The notes under the pieces are model-generated. The model worked only from the letters and a program-made list of their open reading frames with translations, searched no databases and had not been told where the DNA came from. From Macrostomum lignano (taxonomy: Eukaryota): DNA of 64,000 nucleotides. The stretch covers positions 605,626 through 669,625 of the forward strand of contig NIVC01000127.1 of assembly GCA_002269645.1 (NCBI GenBank). The letters run 5' to 3'. The translations under genes and the position numbers were made by a program. Each line of letters starts with the position of its first letter. Positions within the stretch are counted from its first letter, which is position 1. Below are positions 12,701-30,604 of this stretch, one piece after another.

Positions 12701-12940
12701 GAAACAGAATTATTTTTCGACATTACACCCTCCATGCTCGGCCGTATAACTGAAAGAATCGGCAGCACGAAACTGCATGCTATAAATAGCTCGAACTTGA
12801 TCGTCGAGGACACAAAGCTTCGCCTCCTAAGCGGTTCATTATTGAAACCATAGACTAAACTTGCGTCCATCTCTCAACCACCAAGCGTTCTCGCGCTGTG
12901 CCAGTCTGCGTTGCCTCAACTCTCTCCCAATGCGAGCGAG

Positions 12941-15900
12941 ATGCAGCACAGTTTGCACAGCTTCAATGCTCCCCAGCCGCCAGCATTTCTCGACCCGCTG
13001 TACTCGCTGGAGGACTGCTATTACTACTCTGTACCCAGGTTCCTGGACGCCCTGCATCCGACCAACCGCTGGCTTATTGGCCGCATCAAATGCGACGACT
13101 CTGACGCCATCCGCCGGAAGCTGGAGGTGTCGCCCGACTTTCTGCGCGGTAAATACTTCCAGGTGTTGGACAATCCGGCGCTCTATTTTCAAGATAAGAA
13201 GGCCGGCTCGCCGATGTACCACTGCAAGTGCGTTCTGTACCTGACAGCTCTCGGCGTGGCTCTCTACATGAAGGCTGTGAGTTCATGACGAACCATTGAG
13301 CGCTAAATTTGACAAGACATCCTCTGCTTTGCCTTCTCTTGCCTCGGTCCCAAATCACTAATCTAGCTAATAATGATTCGAATCCCAGATCTTTAATCCA
13401 AGCAATGAGGATTCTACCCCAGATCCCCAATCCAGGTAATAAGGATTTTAATCCCAGATCCCTAAATATAGGTAATTAGGATTCTAATCACAGATCCCTA
13501 ATCCAGATAGTAAGGATTCTAATCCTCGATCCCTTATCTAGGTAATCAATTTAATCCCAAATCCCTAGTCCAGGTGAGGGTTCTAATCCCAGATTCATAA
13601 TCCAGGTAGTAAGGATTCTAATCCTCGATCCCTTATCTAGGTAATCAATTTAATCCCAAATCCCTAGTCCAGGTGAGGGTTCTAATTCCAGATCCGTGAT
13701 CCTGGTAAGGATTCTAAAATCTCTAATTCAGGTAAGGATTCTAATTAAAAATCCCCAATCTACGTAATAAGGATTCTAATCCTAGATAGCTAATCCTGGT
13801 AGGGTTCTAATTCACTGTGTACTTTGCACCTGCGCCATCTGGGAGTTAACCCTCATGGCTTTAATCTCTTTTTACTACAATTCATCTGCAAGCCTATAAA
13901 ATACTATATAGCTAATGCATTTACACCTGAAGCGAGACGTCACAGAGACGCTGCTGATCCAGGAGGACCCGTACAAAGACCGCGTCACGGCGCCCACCGA
14001 AATCCAGTTCGCTTCGCACATTCAGAACGCCAACGAAGGCGACTTCCACGCCTTCCCGCTGTTCCTGGTGGCACTGCGGCGGGAGTTCTTTGCCGCTATG
14101 CTGCCGCTGCAGGCGGCCGGCTGGCAGCCGAACACCGAGTTGGCGCTACCGTTGCGGCGGCGCTACGAGCGTCGGGCTTTCTACTTCCGCGACTGGCTGG
14201 ACATTGCGCTGCACATGCTGGCTAGCAAGTCTTTCTACCCCGTCCACCTGTTGATTGAAAGCATCATCGGGGCGCCAAGCTACCGCAGCTCGCAGCTGCC
14301 GCTCCGCCTGTTCAAGCCGGGCCCGAAAGACCCCGCGCCGACGCCGACCGGCCTGGTGGACGCCGAGAGCCTCCCACCGGGGCTGCGGATGACCGGCGCG
14401 CCCAACCTGCTGGAGGTGGCCGAGCAGTACGATCGCTACCTGCAGCTCAAGCAGACTCTGCACGCCGTGCAACAGTTGAAACGGCAGGCGGAATGCGACG
14501 GCCTGAACCCGGAGCTGCTGATGCAGGCGGCGCAGGACCACCTGCCCGAGTCGCTGGACACTCAGCCGGCGCAGAACAGCAACCGGAACAACAACGCCAA
14601 GAGTCAGGCGGCGCAGCCGGTTAGAAAATCGAAATTGACTCGCGATCCGGACAGAATCTACTGCTCGGAGCCGCTGCGGATTCTGCTGTACTCGCTTGAG
14701 CGGGACCCGCAGCGCAAGAGCCTGCCGCAGTGCATCCAGGCATTCAATGTCTATTTGAGGAGAAAGTTCTTCTTCGACGCTGAACAGCTGGCTAGCGGCC
14801 ATCCCAGGTGAGTGAAGATTGGCCAAACTGATTCATTACAATTAAATATAACAACAGAAATCCGTGACTGTGAGTTCATAATTAACTGGGCAGGTGCAGT
14901 CAATTTTTTAGTATTCAGCGGAGTTTAGAAATTTGTTTAGCTGTATTATGATACACCTAATTTGAGACAGTTTTAGATAAGATACGAGTTGAAGAAAGAT
15001 TCACTCTGGTTATTAAATATTAAACCAATTAGATTACAGGTGCGGTCATGTAATTAAAGATTTAAGCAATTAGATAACCAGTGCGGTCAGGTAATTAAAA
15101 ATGTAAGCAATTAGATAGCAGGTGCCGTCAGGTAAATAAATATTGAAGCAATTAGATAATAGGTGCGGTCAGGTAATTCAAGATTGAAGAAATTATATTA
15201 CAGGTGCAGTCAGGTAATTAAATATTGAAACAATTAGATAGCAGGTGCCGTCCAAGGTAATCAAAGATTGAAACAATCAGATTACAGGTCCGGTCAGGTG
15301 CTTCACCATGTATGAGTAGTTAGACTAACGTGTGCATCCAGGTGGTTAAAGATTCTATAGTAATTACATGACAGTTGTCAGTCACTTGTTTTCACATTTA
15401 GGTAGCTACTTAGATCAGTAGTTGGATCGAGGTATGCTTCCCCATGCGATTGCAGAGCGCGCGACCTGCGCAACACGGCGACCTGCCTGCTGAACATGGC
15501 CAGGCGTGAGCAGGACATCATCGAAAACATCCTAGCCAGAGTGCGGTCTGGCCAGTGCCGGTTTGCCCACGTCAAGGAGCACAAGGTGCTGGACAGCAGG
15601 CGGTTGCAGCACGTCGCCACCATCGACAGGCTGGTGGACTACCTGGCGCACGTCCTGCTGCAGGGCAAGCAGCTGCTGACCTTCCTGCGGGTCAGCCAGC
15701 GCCGCCTGCCCTTCCCGCCCAGCAGCGTGGACTTCCAGCCGGCGCCGCGCACCAGCCTGATCTTGTCGGGCGTCCGGTACGGCCTCGTGCGCGCCTTCAA
15801 CGCTACGCGGACAGCCTGGCGCTACCTGACGGTGGACATGATGCGCAAGGCGGCCAAGGACCCGTCTCTGGTGCTGCACTGCCGGTTCGGCCAGCGGCCC

Positions 15901-15972
15901 AGCCGCGATGAGGTGCTGGCCTACGACGCCGAGATGAAGAAGCTGAAAAAGCAGAAGTCGAGCAAAAGTTAG
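12941..15972 (+). CDS. Hypothetical protein, ~582 aa; exons 12941-13276, 13912-14807, 15456-15972
   Basis: Three GC-rich open frames joined by GT-AG introns (GCT|gtgagt..ag|CTA; AG|gtgagt..cag|A). The total of 1749 nt is divisible by 3. No domain recognised; the start codon is tentative. Confidence 0.8.
13380..13815. repeat. Degenerate ~35-bp intronic tandem repeat (AAGGATTCTAATCCCAGATCCCTAATCCAGGT)
   Basis: Recurring GGATTCTAATCC / CCAGGT motifs. Confidence 0.8.
15025..15300. repeat. Degenerate ~42-bp intronic tandem repeat (CAATTAGATTACAGGTGCGGTCAGGTAATTAAAGATTGAAG)
   Basis: Recurring motif, ~6 copies. Confidence 0.8.
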
Positions 15973-17261
15973 CTAATAGTTGCGCCACAGTGAGCTTTTT
16001 GTGGTTTGTCTGCGATTTCAAATAGGGGTGTGTCTTCTTCTTTCAGCGTTTGTTTCTTTTGTACGGCAATTGTACGATTAGGTTGCGAAAGAGCGATGTG
16101 CCCTGTGTGATAAATTTAGAGCACTTCTAGCAGGTTTCGATTGGGTAACCAATACTGAACTGCAGATTAGTATGACTTAGCTAATTACACTACTTTGGAT
16201 AATCACTGGCTGTAAGTAATAACAATAATAGTAATTATTATTAAGTACTTATAATATAATCATTTTTATTTTATTAGATTCTTAATTTCCTTACATTACA
16301 ATTATAACAAAAATTTTAAAACTGCTTCAAAATTGGTATCATAAATTAAGTTTTATACAGTAATATAAGAATAATAAACTAATCAAAAGCCCAATAAAAT
16401 GTCCGCAGCTATAATCCTAACGTAATCGTTATGCTTTTTGATTTAAAAATATATAATCTTATTGAAATTTAAGCATCCAGGTGACGTTTTTAAATGCCAT
16501 CTTTGAAAGTATTAGCTAGTATTATATAAAACCCAGAATAGCAAGAAACATGTGCTTTAAATTTTCCGGGTTTTGGCGCCAATTCGAAAATAGATTGTTT
16601 AAGAATTAATTTATGGGTAGAATACGCGTCGCTCTTTCGACCCTTCCCGTAGAGTTTGCCTACAAGTTTTGTTATTTAAATAGGATTTGGTGTTGCTGCA
16701 ATTATCATGGCAGCGTGCGCGAGAAAGACTCTCTGCATTTCTGTTTCTAAGAGACGCGACGAGCTCTGTTAAGCGCTTGTCCCAGGGCCCTGCAGCTGAT
16801 TTATACATAAGCTGCAGTTTTCACATAGCTAATAGCTCTCAGTTAGGAGCACTTTATTGCCTGTTAGCCCAGTCTTGTATATTTTCTAAGCCAAAAATAA
16901 AAGTTTAATTGAAGAAAAACGCGATTTGATTTTTTGTTTCTACTCGAGAGAATGGTAATTATTATTATAGCGAGCAGCCACTGGTAGATAATCAGAGAGC
17001 GGTTTTCTTTCAAATGTTCCACGGCGAGTTATGAAGATTTCAAGGAAAAAAATAAAGAATTTTTACAGATGGCTGGCGTAAAAAACTGGTTGTGAATGTA
17101 GAAAATTAGATTTGGCAAATAAATAAATAGAATTTAAGTGGGGGTGCATAAACTCTGGAGTTACCGCTTTCATCTTTAATAAACAATATAACTTATGTTG
17201 AGCCGTGGCTCCAGTAGGGGGCCAAGTGCATACGAGAGGAGTCAGCCAAATTTAACTCGGT

Positions 17262-17450
17262 GTGGCCAGGAATCAGCCAATCAGGATTGAGGGAGGCCGG
17301 CAATCAGCCAATCAGGATTGAGGGGGGAGGCCAGGAATCAGCCAATCAGGATTGAGGAAGTCCCGGAATCAGCCAATCAGGATTGAGGAAGTCCCGGAAT
17401 CAGCCAATCAGGATTTTTCTGAAGTCCCGGAATCAGCCAATCAGGATTAG
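17262..17450. repeat. ~31-bp repeat containing AGCCAATCAGG (CCAAT-box consensus), ~6 copies
   Basis: GGAATCAGCCAATCAGGATT repeated. Confidence 0.85.
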
Positions 17451-17583
17451 TTGAGGCAGTGATTCCACAAACCACTGTGCTTATCATCGATGGGATTTGT
17501 ACGAGCAGCAAGTTTTGGTTAGTGAGGCATTGATAAGGCCCAAGACTATATGCATTGTTGGGCCGCATTCCTGGCACAGGCAG

Positions 17584-22064
<4,481 letters not shown>

Positions 22065-22066
22065 AT

Positions 22067-22990
<924 letters not shown>

Positions 22991-24042
22991 CTTTTTGTGA
23001 CCGAGAAGCAGTCCCAGGATTCCGTAATTATTAGAGATGGACAAACTTTTACAGTTCATGGAAATTTTCTATCACTCCAACATACAGACGGATTATGACC
23101 AAACAATTTTTTCTAAATTAAAATGAGACAGAATTATGTCTAACAATGCTGGTTTAAGAGGGGCAGTTGGCAGCTGTCCAGGTATTTTGCCTGGGTCTCC
23201 TTGAGCAGTTGCGCTCCGCCACGGTCCGCAGCCACCCAGCGCAGACGGCCTTTTTATTTTTTCTCTCTCCTGTCCTGCGCTCGCGCACAAGCCCGGCTAA
23301 TTTTAGCTCGGCCAAGTTCGCCTCTCGTTCGTTAGCCAGCCTCAGCCCCCGGCTCAGCGCACAGCGCCAAAGGCGAAGAGCATGTGTGTCAGAAAGAGTA
23401 ACCTCCCGTCCCCCAGGCCCCCCCCCCCCGGGTAGAGAAACTGAGACATGCGCATGCCCGGCCTCCCCAAGTTTCTAAAATTGCGGATGCGGGTGCCTTG
23501 CGGTGAAATGATTCCCAAATGGCAATAATGAAAGATTGCGCAAAATTAAACCAGCTTGAATTAGAATTGTTGCTATATTGATGAAGCACGCAATTGAAAG
23601 CGTGGTGAATATGAGTTCCCCAGTAGCAGAAGTTTGTTTTTAACCATTCAGCACTGCAGATGTTTCACGGCATGCTATTTGAGTACTCAAGTAACTTGAA
23701 GAACAGCTTTTAAGGGCCTATTGCTTTCTAAATAAGATGCAATTTGTGGCTGCGAGATTAAACAGCGAGGGATTATAAACATAAATAGTTGAGAAAAAAC
23801 TGGCTGTGTGAATGAATTATGCCAATCATTGATTAGTGTCTGCTGGTGACGGACTGGCGGGCTCCTATTTTGGCACCCCGACAACCCGAAATCTTTGTTC
23901 TGCTCCGACGTGCCGAGCTCGATTCCATTATTTGAAGTTTGAAAGTCGGAAAGTTGGTTGTAAAAAAAGCAAGAGCTCGTCTCTGATTGGCTACAGCTCT
24001 TGTCAATGCAAATCGCTCAGCCAATCAGCAGGGACCAGTCGG

Positions 24043-24410
24043 TCAGTCAGCCTCCCGCTGCTGGCAGTCACTCGGCTGAGCTCTGCAGCCCCGTCGGCAC
24101 TCCTTCTGGCACTCCTTCCTGCGTCGGCGCAGCCGCCGCCGCCTCTGCCGACGTCGCTGGCGCCTCTGCCTGGAGTTTCGGCCCTTCTTGCCACCGCGCC
24201 GGCGATCGCCCCGACGTCGCCGCTGCTGCCGCCTGTCGGACCTTCGACGACTTGGCGAACTGTTGGCTGCCCGCTGCCTCTTGCGGTGGTTGCGACGGCG
24301 GCGCTTCTTTTTGATCTGCTGCTTGCATTTCTTGCGGCAATAACACTTCTGCTGCAGCTTCAGCAGGTCCGCTGAGGGCGTCAGGCGGGTGAGGGTTTGC
24401 GATTGGGGCA

Positions 24411-24481
<71 letters not shown>

Positions 24482-24496
24482 TCCTGCCTGCCTGCC

Positions 24497-24528
<32 letters not shown>

Positions 24529-24556
24529 AGTCTGTCTGTCAGTCAGTCTGTCTGTG

Positions 24557-24588
<32 letters not shown>

Positions 24589-24641
24589 AGTCTGTCTGTC
24601 AGTCAGTCAGTCTGTCTGTCTGTCTGTCTGTCAGTCAGTCA

Positions 24642-24701
<60 letters not shown>

Positions 24702-24704
24702 TAG

Positions 24705-24773
<69 letters not shown>

Positions 24774-24802
24774 TAGTGTCTGTCTGTCTGTCTGTCTGTC
24801 TT

Positions 24803-24869
<67 letters not shown>

Positions 24870-27800
24870 GCCTGCCTGTCTGTCTGTCTGTCTGTCTGTC
24901 TGCCTGTCTGTCTGTCTGTCTGTCTGCCTGTCTGTCTGTCTGTCTGTCTGCCGCTCACCCGCGGACAGGCAGGCCTTCCTGAAGCGGTGCTGCATGGTGA
25001 GAGATCTCTTCTCGGGCCGGTCGGAAAACTGGAACACGGCGTGGATTTCAAACTCGGCCACCCCGCTGACCCTCTTGGTGCACTGCAGGTTGAGCTGAAA
25101 GCCTGCGTCAGGAAATAAAACTCTTGATTATGATTGCTATGCAATTCACATGCGCGTACACTATTGTTAAAGTACATTCTCAGTCTGCCCCTGGGTCAGT
25201 AAAGAATGCTGGCAGCGCCGGGACTGCAGCTCATAAAATTGAATCGAGATAAGGAAGACTGGAGAACACAGTTGACAGTTGCAAATCTGTCTATTTTCAG
25301 GTGCTATAGGGGTTGTAGCCTACTGGTTAGAGCGTCGGACTCACGACTGTAAGGTCGGGGGTTCGATTCCCGACTTTCTCGGAAAAAGTTGTGCCCTTGA
25401 GCAAGACACTTAACTCTCATGCATTGCTTCAGTTCACCCATCTGTACCAGCATTAGCTGGGGTAATTGAGGGTGTGTGTGGCGACCCCCCCCCCAGTCCT
25501 TGGACTGAACAGCCGTACGCAGCCTTCAGATGCGCCGCGCAATAGCTGCGGCTGAGCGGTCGGTTGCACATCTGGCCTAATTGGGGCAAGTGTAATAAGA
25601 AAAATCAAAGGCTTGTAGCTCCTGCGCCCAGTGCTTTAACCGATTGCCGTTTTGACAGGTAAACTTTAAACAATTAAATGTTTTCTTTTAGTTATGTAAA
25701 GCTAAAATTCTGCACCGCTACTTACAGTAGACGATAGGCATATTGTCACAATACTTGACTTACTGGACTCGGCGGCTGGAACAAAGCCGGTACTGGGCAC
25801 CGTCAGTCTGGGATGCAGCAGCACTGATTGATTGTGCGATTGCAGTCCCATGAACTTGTACTGCACCTGGTGGGTTCAAATTAGAATGTTTGATTTGAGA
25901 GCGATTTAACTCTCGATGTAGGCATGTACAGCCGAAGCAGGTCGCTAAACTCGAGTTTCTTAGAAATGTGAAATTTTGCTTTTTCTAGCGCCGGATTTTT
26001 CTCAACCGAATTCGTCTATGGTGAAACCCCATTTACGGGGACAACTAATACACTCGGGACGCGAAACGAGCCAAATCATGATAAAAAGTTGGGGCTCGTT
26101 TGAAAGCAGTGTTCTATGGCCATTCCAACTGCAACTCTTAAGTCGTTCGAGACAAACCCTACCAAATATTTTGGAGGTAAGAAAGAAAGAGAGCATAAAT
26201 GAAAGAGAAAGAGAAAGAGACCATAAATGGGAGTGCACTCAACTTTGATGTTTTGAAAGCTTACATGTTGGGGTGATTTCGTGACTAAGCTGACACGAAA
26301 ACGACAATACATCATTTTGCTACCTATTTTTAGATCGTTTGACGCATCCATGTTCGTTCACGCTACTAACCAAAGAGTAGTTGCAAAAATCTAAACAAGA
26401 GTGAACTATCTAGGGTTATAGTATCTGTGATTAATACCACAAAAAGTATGAATATCAGTAATGTTGTACCACAGACATTTTTGCCCAAGCTACACTTTCA
26501 TAGCAGGGGGCACAGATCCTATTTACCTAGATGTGTCACTCCAGCCGTCTCCGAGACCCTGAAACCCCTTGAGTTAAAGTCATAGACACCAGCTGCTGCT
26601 GCTAATGCTTCCCAGCAGAAGCTTTAGTCTATGGTCTTAACCCCGGGGTTTTCGCGCTGCGGCCAGGCGGCTGAAGTGGCGCATCTAGGGGTTTACAGAA
26701 TCTGTGAAGCCCACTTACTGCCATAGACAATTTTTTAATGTATAATTTTTGTCATTTTTATTCTTTGTTGTTCTTCCATGTGTATTTGTTAATTATAAAT
26801 AAACTATTGAAATTTCCAATCGGATACTCGTAATGTTAAGCGGGCGTTAATGGTGTCTGTGGTGTTTAAGGGTATCGTATAATAAAGCTTGAGATTTAGC
26901 TATGCAAGTTTGAATGACCAGCTCTAAACCCTAAGGCTTGCTTGTCTCTCGGTCGATAGATTATCGTGTTGTCTATGGCCCACAACCTGTGGTGTCCTCT
27001 ACAGGAATGAAAAAAGCTGAAGTTTGCTTGTCTCCCAGTCAATAGTTTATCGAGTTGTCTATGGCTCAACCTGTGGTGTCCTCTACAGGCATGACAAAAG
27101 TTAAAGTTTGCACGAACCCTTGTTGGCGGCAGGCCGTCCCTGGAGGCGGTGGCCCAGTGCACAGTAAAGCTGTTGATGCTGTTAGCCAGAACGATGCCAG
27201 ACCGGGACAGCGAGTTGAAGTAGATGCCAGACAGCAGGTGCCCGTCAGCAACGATGGGGAACCTGTCCGCTGTCAGGCGGTGCAGCAGCTGCTCCGCGCC
27301 GCCTGCGGATGAGTTGGGGAAGGAAATGGCCGCTGGGTGGCAGAGTTGGAGCTGTGACGTGAGAAGAGAAGTCAAGGAAGGGTCCATATGGGGGCTAAGG
27401 GGAGCTAATATGGGGGCTAAGGGAAGCTAATATGGGGCTAAGGGGAGCTAATATGGGGGCTAAGGGAAGCTAATATGGGGGCTAAGGGGAGCTAATATGG
27501 GGGCTAAGGGTGAGCTAATATGGGGGCTAAGGGGAGCTAATATGGGGGCTATGTCTATGTTAGCTCCCCTTAGCCACCATATTAGGGGAGCTAATATGGT
27601 GGCTAAGGGGAGCTAATATGGGGGCTAAGGGGAGCTAATATGGGGGCTAAGGGGAGCTAATATGGGGGCTAAGGGGAGCTAATATGGTGGCTAAGGGGAG
27701 TTAATATAGGGGCTAAGGGGAGCTAAAATGAAGGCTAAGGGTGGAATAATATGAGGGCTAAGGGTGAGCTAATATGGGGGCTAAGGGGAGCTAATATGGG

Positions 27801-28865
27801 GGCTAAGGGGAGCTAATATGGGGGCTAAGGGTGAGCTAATATGGGGGCTAAGGGGAGCTAATATGAAGGCTATTTTTTATTAGAGGCAGGGGGGTTGTGT
27901 GCACCCTGGCGCACTTTAAGCGACATAGGCACACAACCGGCGAGAGGCATTACTGCCCATTCCGCCGACTCCCCTGAGCAGGCATACAAGCGCGCGGATA
28001 CGTACGCAGGCACACACTCACACAGGAGTGTACAGCGGCCCTAACTTTATTTTATCGTTAGGCATGTACACTTCACTGCGCCTTGGGGGGTTGGCTCTCA
28101 AGGCCGTTAATTGCACGAGCAGAGCCAAGCCGAGATTCCAATTCAGCCCCAAATTAATGTGACTGCACTTGGAATCGAGCCTGGGTCGCTGGCGCATCAG
28201 AGCCTGCGCTAGACCGCTGGGCTACGGCCCCCCTAATATATAATGAGGGCTAAGGGGAGCTAATATGGGGGCTAAGGGAAGCTAATATGAAGGCTAAGGG
28301 GCGCTAATATAAAGGCTAAGGGGAGCTAATATGAAGGCTAAGGGTGGACTAATATGAGGGCTCGGGTGAGCTAATATGGGGCTAAGGGAAGCTAATATGG
28401 GGGCTAAGGAGATCGATCTAATATGGGGCTAAGGGAAGCTAATATGGGGGCTAAGGAGATCGATCTAATATGGGGACTAAGGGAAGCTAATATGGGGGCT
28501 AAAGGGAGCTAGTATGGGGGCTAAAGGGAGCTAATATGGGGGCTAAAGGGAAGCTAATATGGGGGCTAAGGATTAGCTAATATAAGAGCTAAGGGAAGCT
28601 AATATGGGGGCTAAGTATTAGTTAATGTAAGGGCTAAGGGAAGCTAATACGGGGGTTTGAGAGACGGGTGCTGCAGAGGGTGTCACGTGAGCGCCAACTC
28701 ACCTCTCGGCTTGCAGCGGGGCCGCAGCGGGTTTTTAGCGCTGAGCAGCATCATCTGTGAGATCACTGACTCAAGCATTTGCCGTTCAAACCAGACGTTC
28801 AACTCGCCGCTGCAAGCTACGGCCGCCAGCAGCAGGAGGAGGCTGAGGCGCAGCGGACCCGACAT
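24043..28865 (-). CDS. Secreted WIF-domain protein (WIF1/Shifted-related) lacking EGF repeats, with an Arg/Lys-rich tail, 296 aa; exons 28865-28703, 27269-27118, 25866-25764, 25102-24959, 24371-24043
   Basis: Signal peptide [20 protein letters not shown], then LNVWFERQ...FPIVADG...INSFTVHW...[28 protein letters not shown]...[19 protein letters not shown]...FRKAC, paralleling the WIF1 WIF domain. All phases are consistent (891 nt). Confidence 0.85.
24412..24950. repeat. Compound (GCCT)n/(GTCT)n microsatellite filling almost all of WIF intron 4
   Basis: Direct observation. Confidence 0.97.
25309..25600 (+). mobile_element. SINE family A, copy 3 (in a WIF intron)
   Basis: tRNA-like head plus CCCTTGAGCAAGACACTTAACTCTC...CAGTTCACCCATCTGTA and the same 3' body as copies 1-2. 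Confidence 0.8.
27388..28655. repeat. 22-23 bp minisatellite (GGGGGCTAAGGGGAGCTAATAT), interrupted by a SINE
   Basis: Direct periodicity on both sides of 27872-28233. Confidence 0.93.
27872..28233 (-). mobile_element. SINE family B, copy 2, inserted into the minisatellite
   Basis: Reverse complement of 9878-10240, including the tRNA head and the TGCCTCTAATAAAAAA tail. Confidence 0.8.
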
Positions 28866-29564
28866 CTCTAACTGTTTGATGGACAACACAGTTTTTCCAG
28901 CCAGGTGCCTCAGCTGCTGCAGTCTCGCTGTCCATCTGACTTATGCGTTTGTGCGCAACACTGCCATGGTTTGGGGTGGCCTCGGGCAGGGGCGGAGGCC
29001 GCCCCCTTTCTCTCCAGCTTCTGTCCCTCATCGCGGTCGCGTCCCGTTTTGGCGTAATGTGTGTCACGGCCTCTGCCCCCCCTTCTGTGCAGCAGCAGAG
29101 GCAGCCAGTTTTTCCGCAGAGCCTTTCACCTGCAGGCGTTCAGGGGGTGGGGAGTGGGCGGCATTTCCTACATTTTCCCAGTCGGCTTTTAGTCAATTTT
29201 ATGCGCCGCCATTGCACTTCTTTCCGCCTGTCAGCTCAGCAGACAGACATGGATGCAGATTGGTGGCGATAGAACTTTGTGTCTCTGAATAAGCGCAGCT
29301 TCATCTAATCGAGCCGGCGGCAAAACGTTTTGCCAATTGCGTACCCTGCCTAAGACTAAACTGGCGAAAGCTTTCCGTTAGTCAGCTGAATGCGTCAGCG
29401 CTGCTTTTTCGCCGCGTTAATGCAGCTACTGTTGGTGATCCGCTGCTGTTTATTAAGGTTTGCACTACTTATTATTTAGTAGCGTGCAGTCCGGCTGCTG
29501 TCCAGATGCTACCTGCCTGTTTTCCTCTCTAAATTTTCTAAGCGATTTTATTTTAAGCGGGTTG

Positions 29565-29900
29565 TCAGGATTGCGGATTGGGGTGTCAAGATTGCGGTTT
29601 GGGGTGTCAGGATTGCGGATTGGGGTGTCAGGATTGCGGATTGGGGTGTCAGGATTGCGGATTGGGGTGTCAGGATTGCGGTTTGGGGTGTCAGGATTGC
29701 GGATTGGAGTGTCAGGATTGCGGATTGGAGTGTCAGGATTGCGGATTGGAGTGTCAGGATTGCGGATTGGGGTGTCAGGATTGCGGATTGGAGTGTCAGG
29801 ATTGCGGATTGGGGTGTCAGGATTGCGGATTGGGGTGTCAGGATTGCGGTTTGGAGTGTCAGGATTGCGAATTGGAGTGTCAGGATTGCGGATTGGAGCT
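29565..29900. repeat. 21-bp minisatellite (GGGGTGTCAGGATTGCGGATT), ~16 copies
   Basis: Direct periodicity. Confidence 0.95.
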
Positions 29901-30604
29901 CAGAGGAGACTCACAGAAACAAGGGAACCCCAGCGCTATCAATCAAAAGCTCGGTGGGTCACTCGGGCCGGAGCAGAGAAAGAAATGAAAGCAATAACTG
30001 CGCCCCCAGCTCATTTTTTGTTCGAGTCGAATGGCCCGAAATTCCCAAGACCCGAGAGTCATTTGTCAGTCCCCGAGGCCCCGCTATACTCTGTGATTTG
30101 AAATTGGGCTCCACTGGACCGGTTTATTAAGTCGCAGCCCGGCCATGGCATCCCCAAGCCCAGTCATGCGGCATGAAACTGAGCTGCCAGTCGCTTCTCG
30201 CTCAGTGAGAAATCTCTATGAATAAACAGAAAGCAAATACACAATTGAGAACGCCTGGTTAGTTGACATGTTTATGGGGGCCCCGCGCTCCAACACAAGG
30301 TGGAAATTTCCAGCAATGGAAAGCGATCCACTGGGCGAAAAATTGATGAAGTTTAAACAGAGCGCTCGAGTTTCATAACGCGCCTTTTTCTCTGCTAAGC
30401 TGGAACGTGACTAGACAACAATTGGTGAGGCGGAATTTCTGACGCAGTTCGGATTTCCGCTGGCTGAATTTTATTTATCATTTATCTCCCCAAGGGTTGG
30501 GAGTCGGGTTCTTGGCCGGGACAGATTTGGAGCCAATTCAGCAGATTGCTGAGAATCTTCAAGCAGGCATTGCAGTTGTGCGATACTTAACACATATAGA
30601 GGGT

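Noticed and set aside
17262-17450. CCAAT-box array as a promoter
   Set aside because: It lies between two convergent 3' ends with no supported downstream start; kept only as a repeat.
24068-24346. Alternative Ala/Pro-rich reading frame of the last WIF exon as part of the shootin-like gene
   Set aside because: The phase-1 junction from exon 25102-24959 selects the Arg-rich frame, which ends in a stop; no supported link to the shootin exons.
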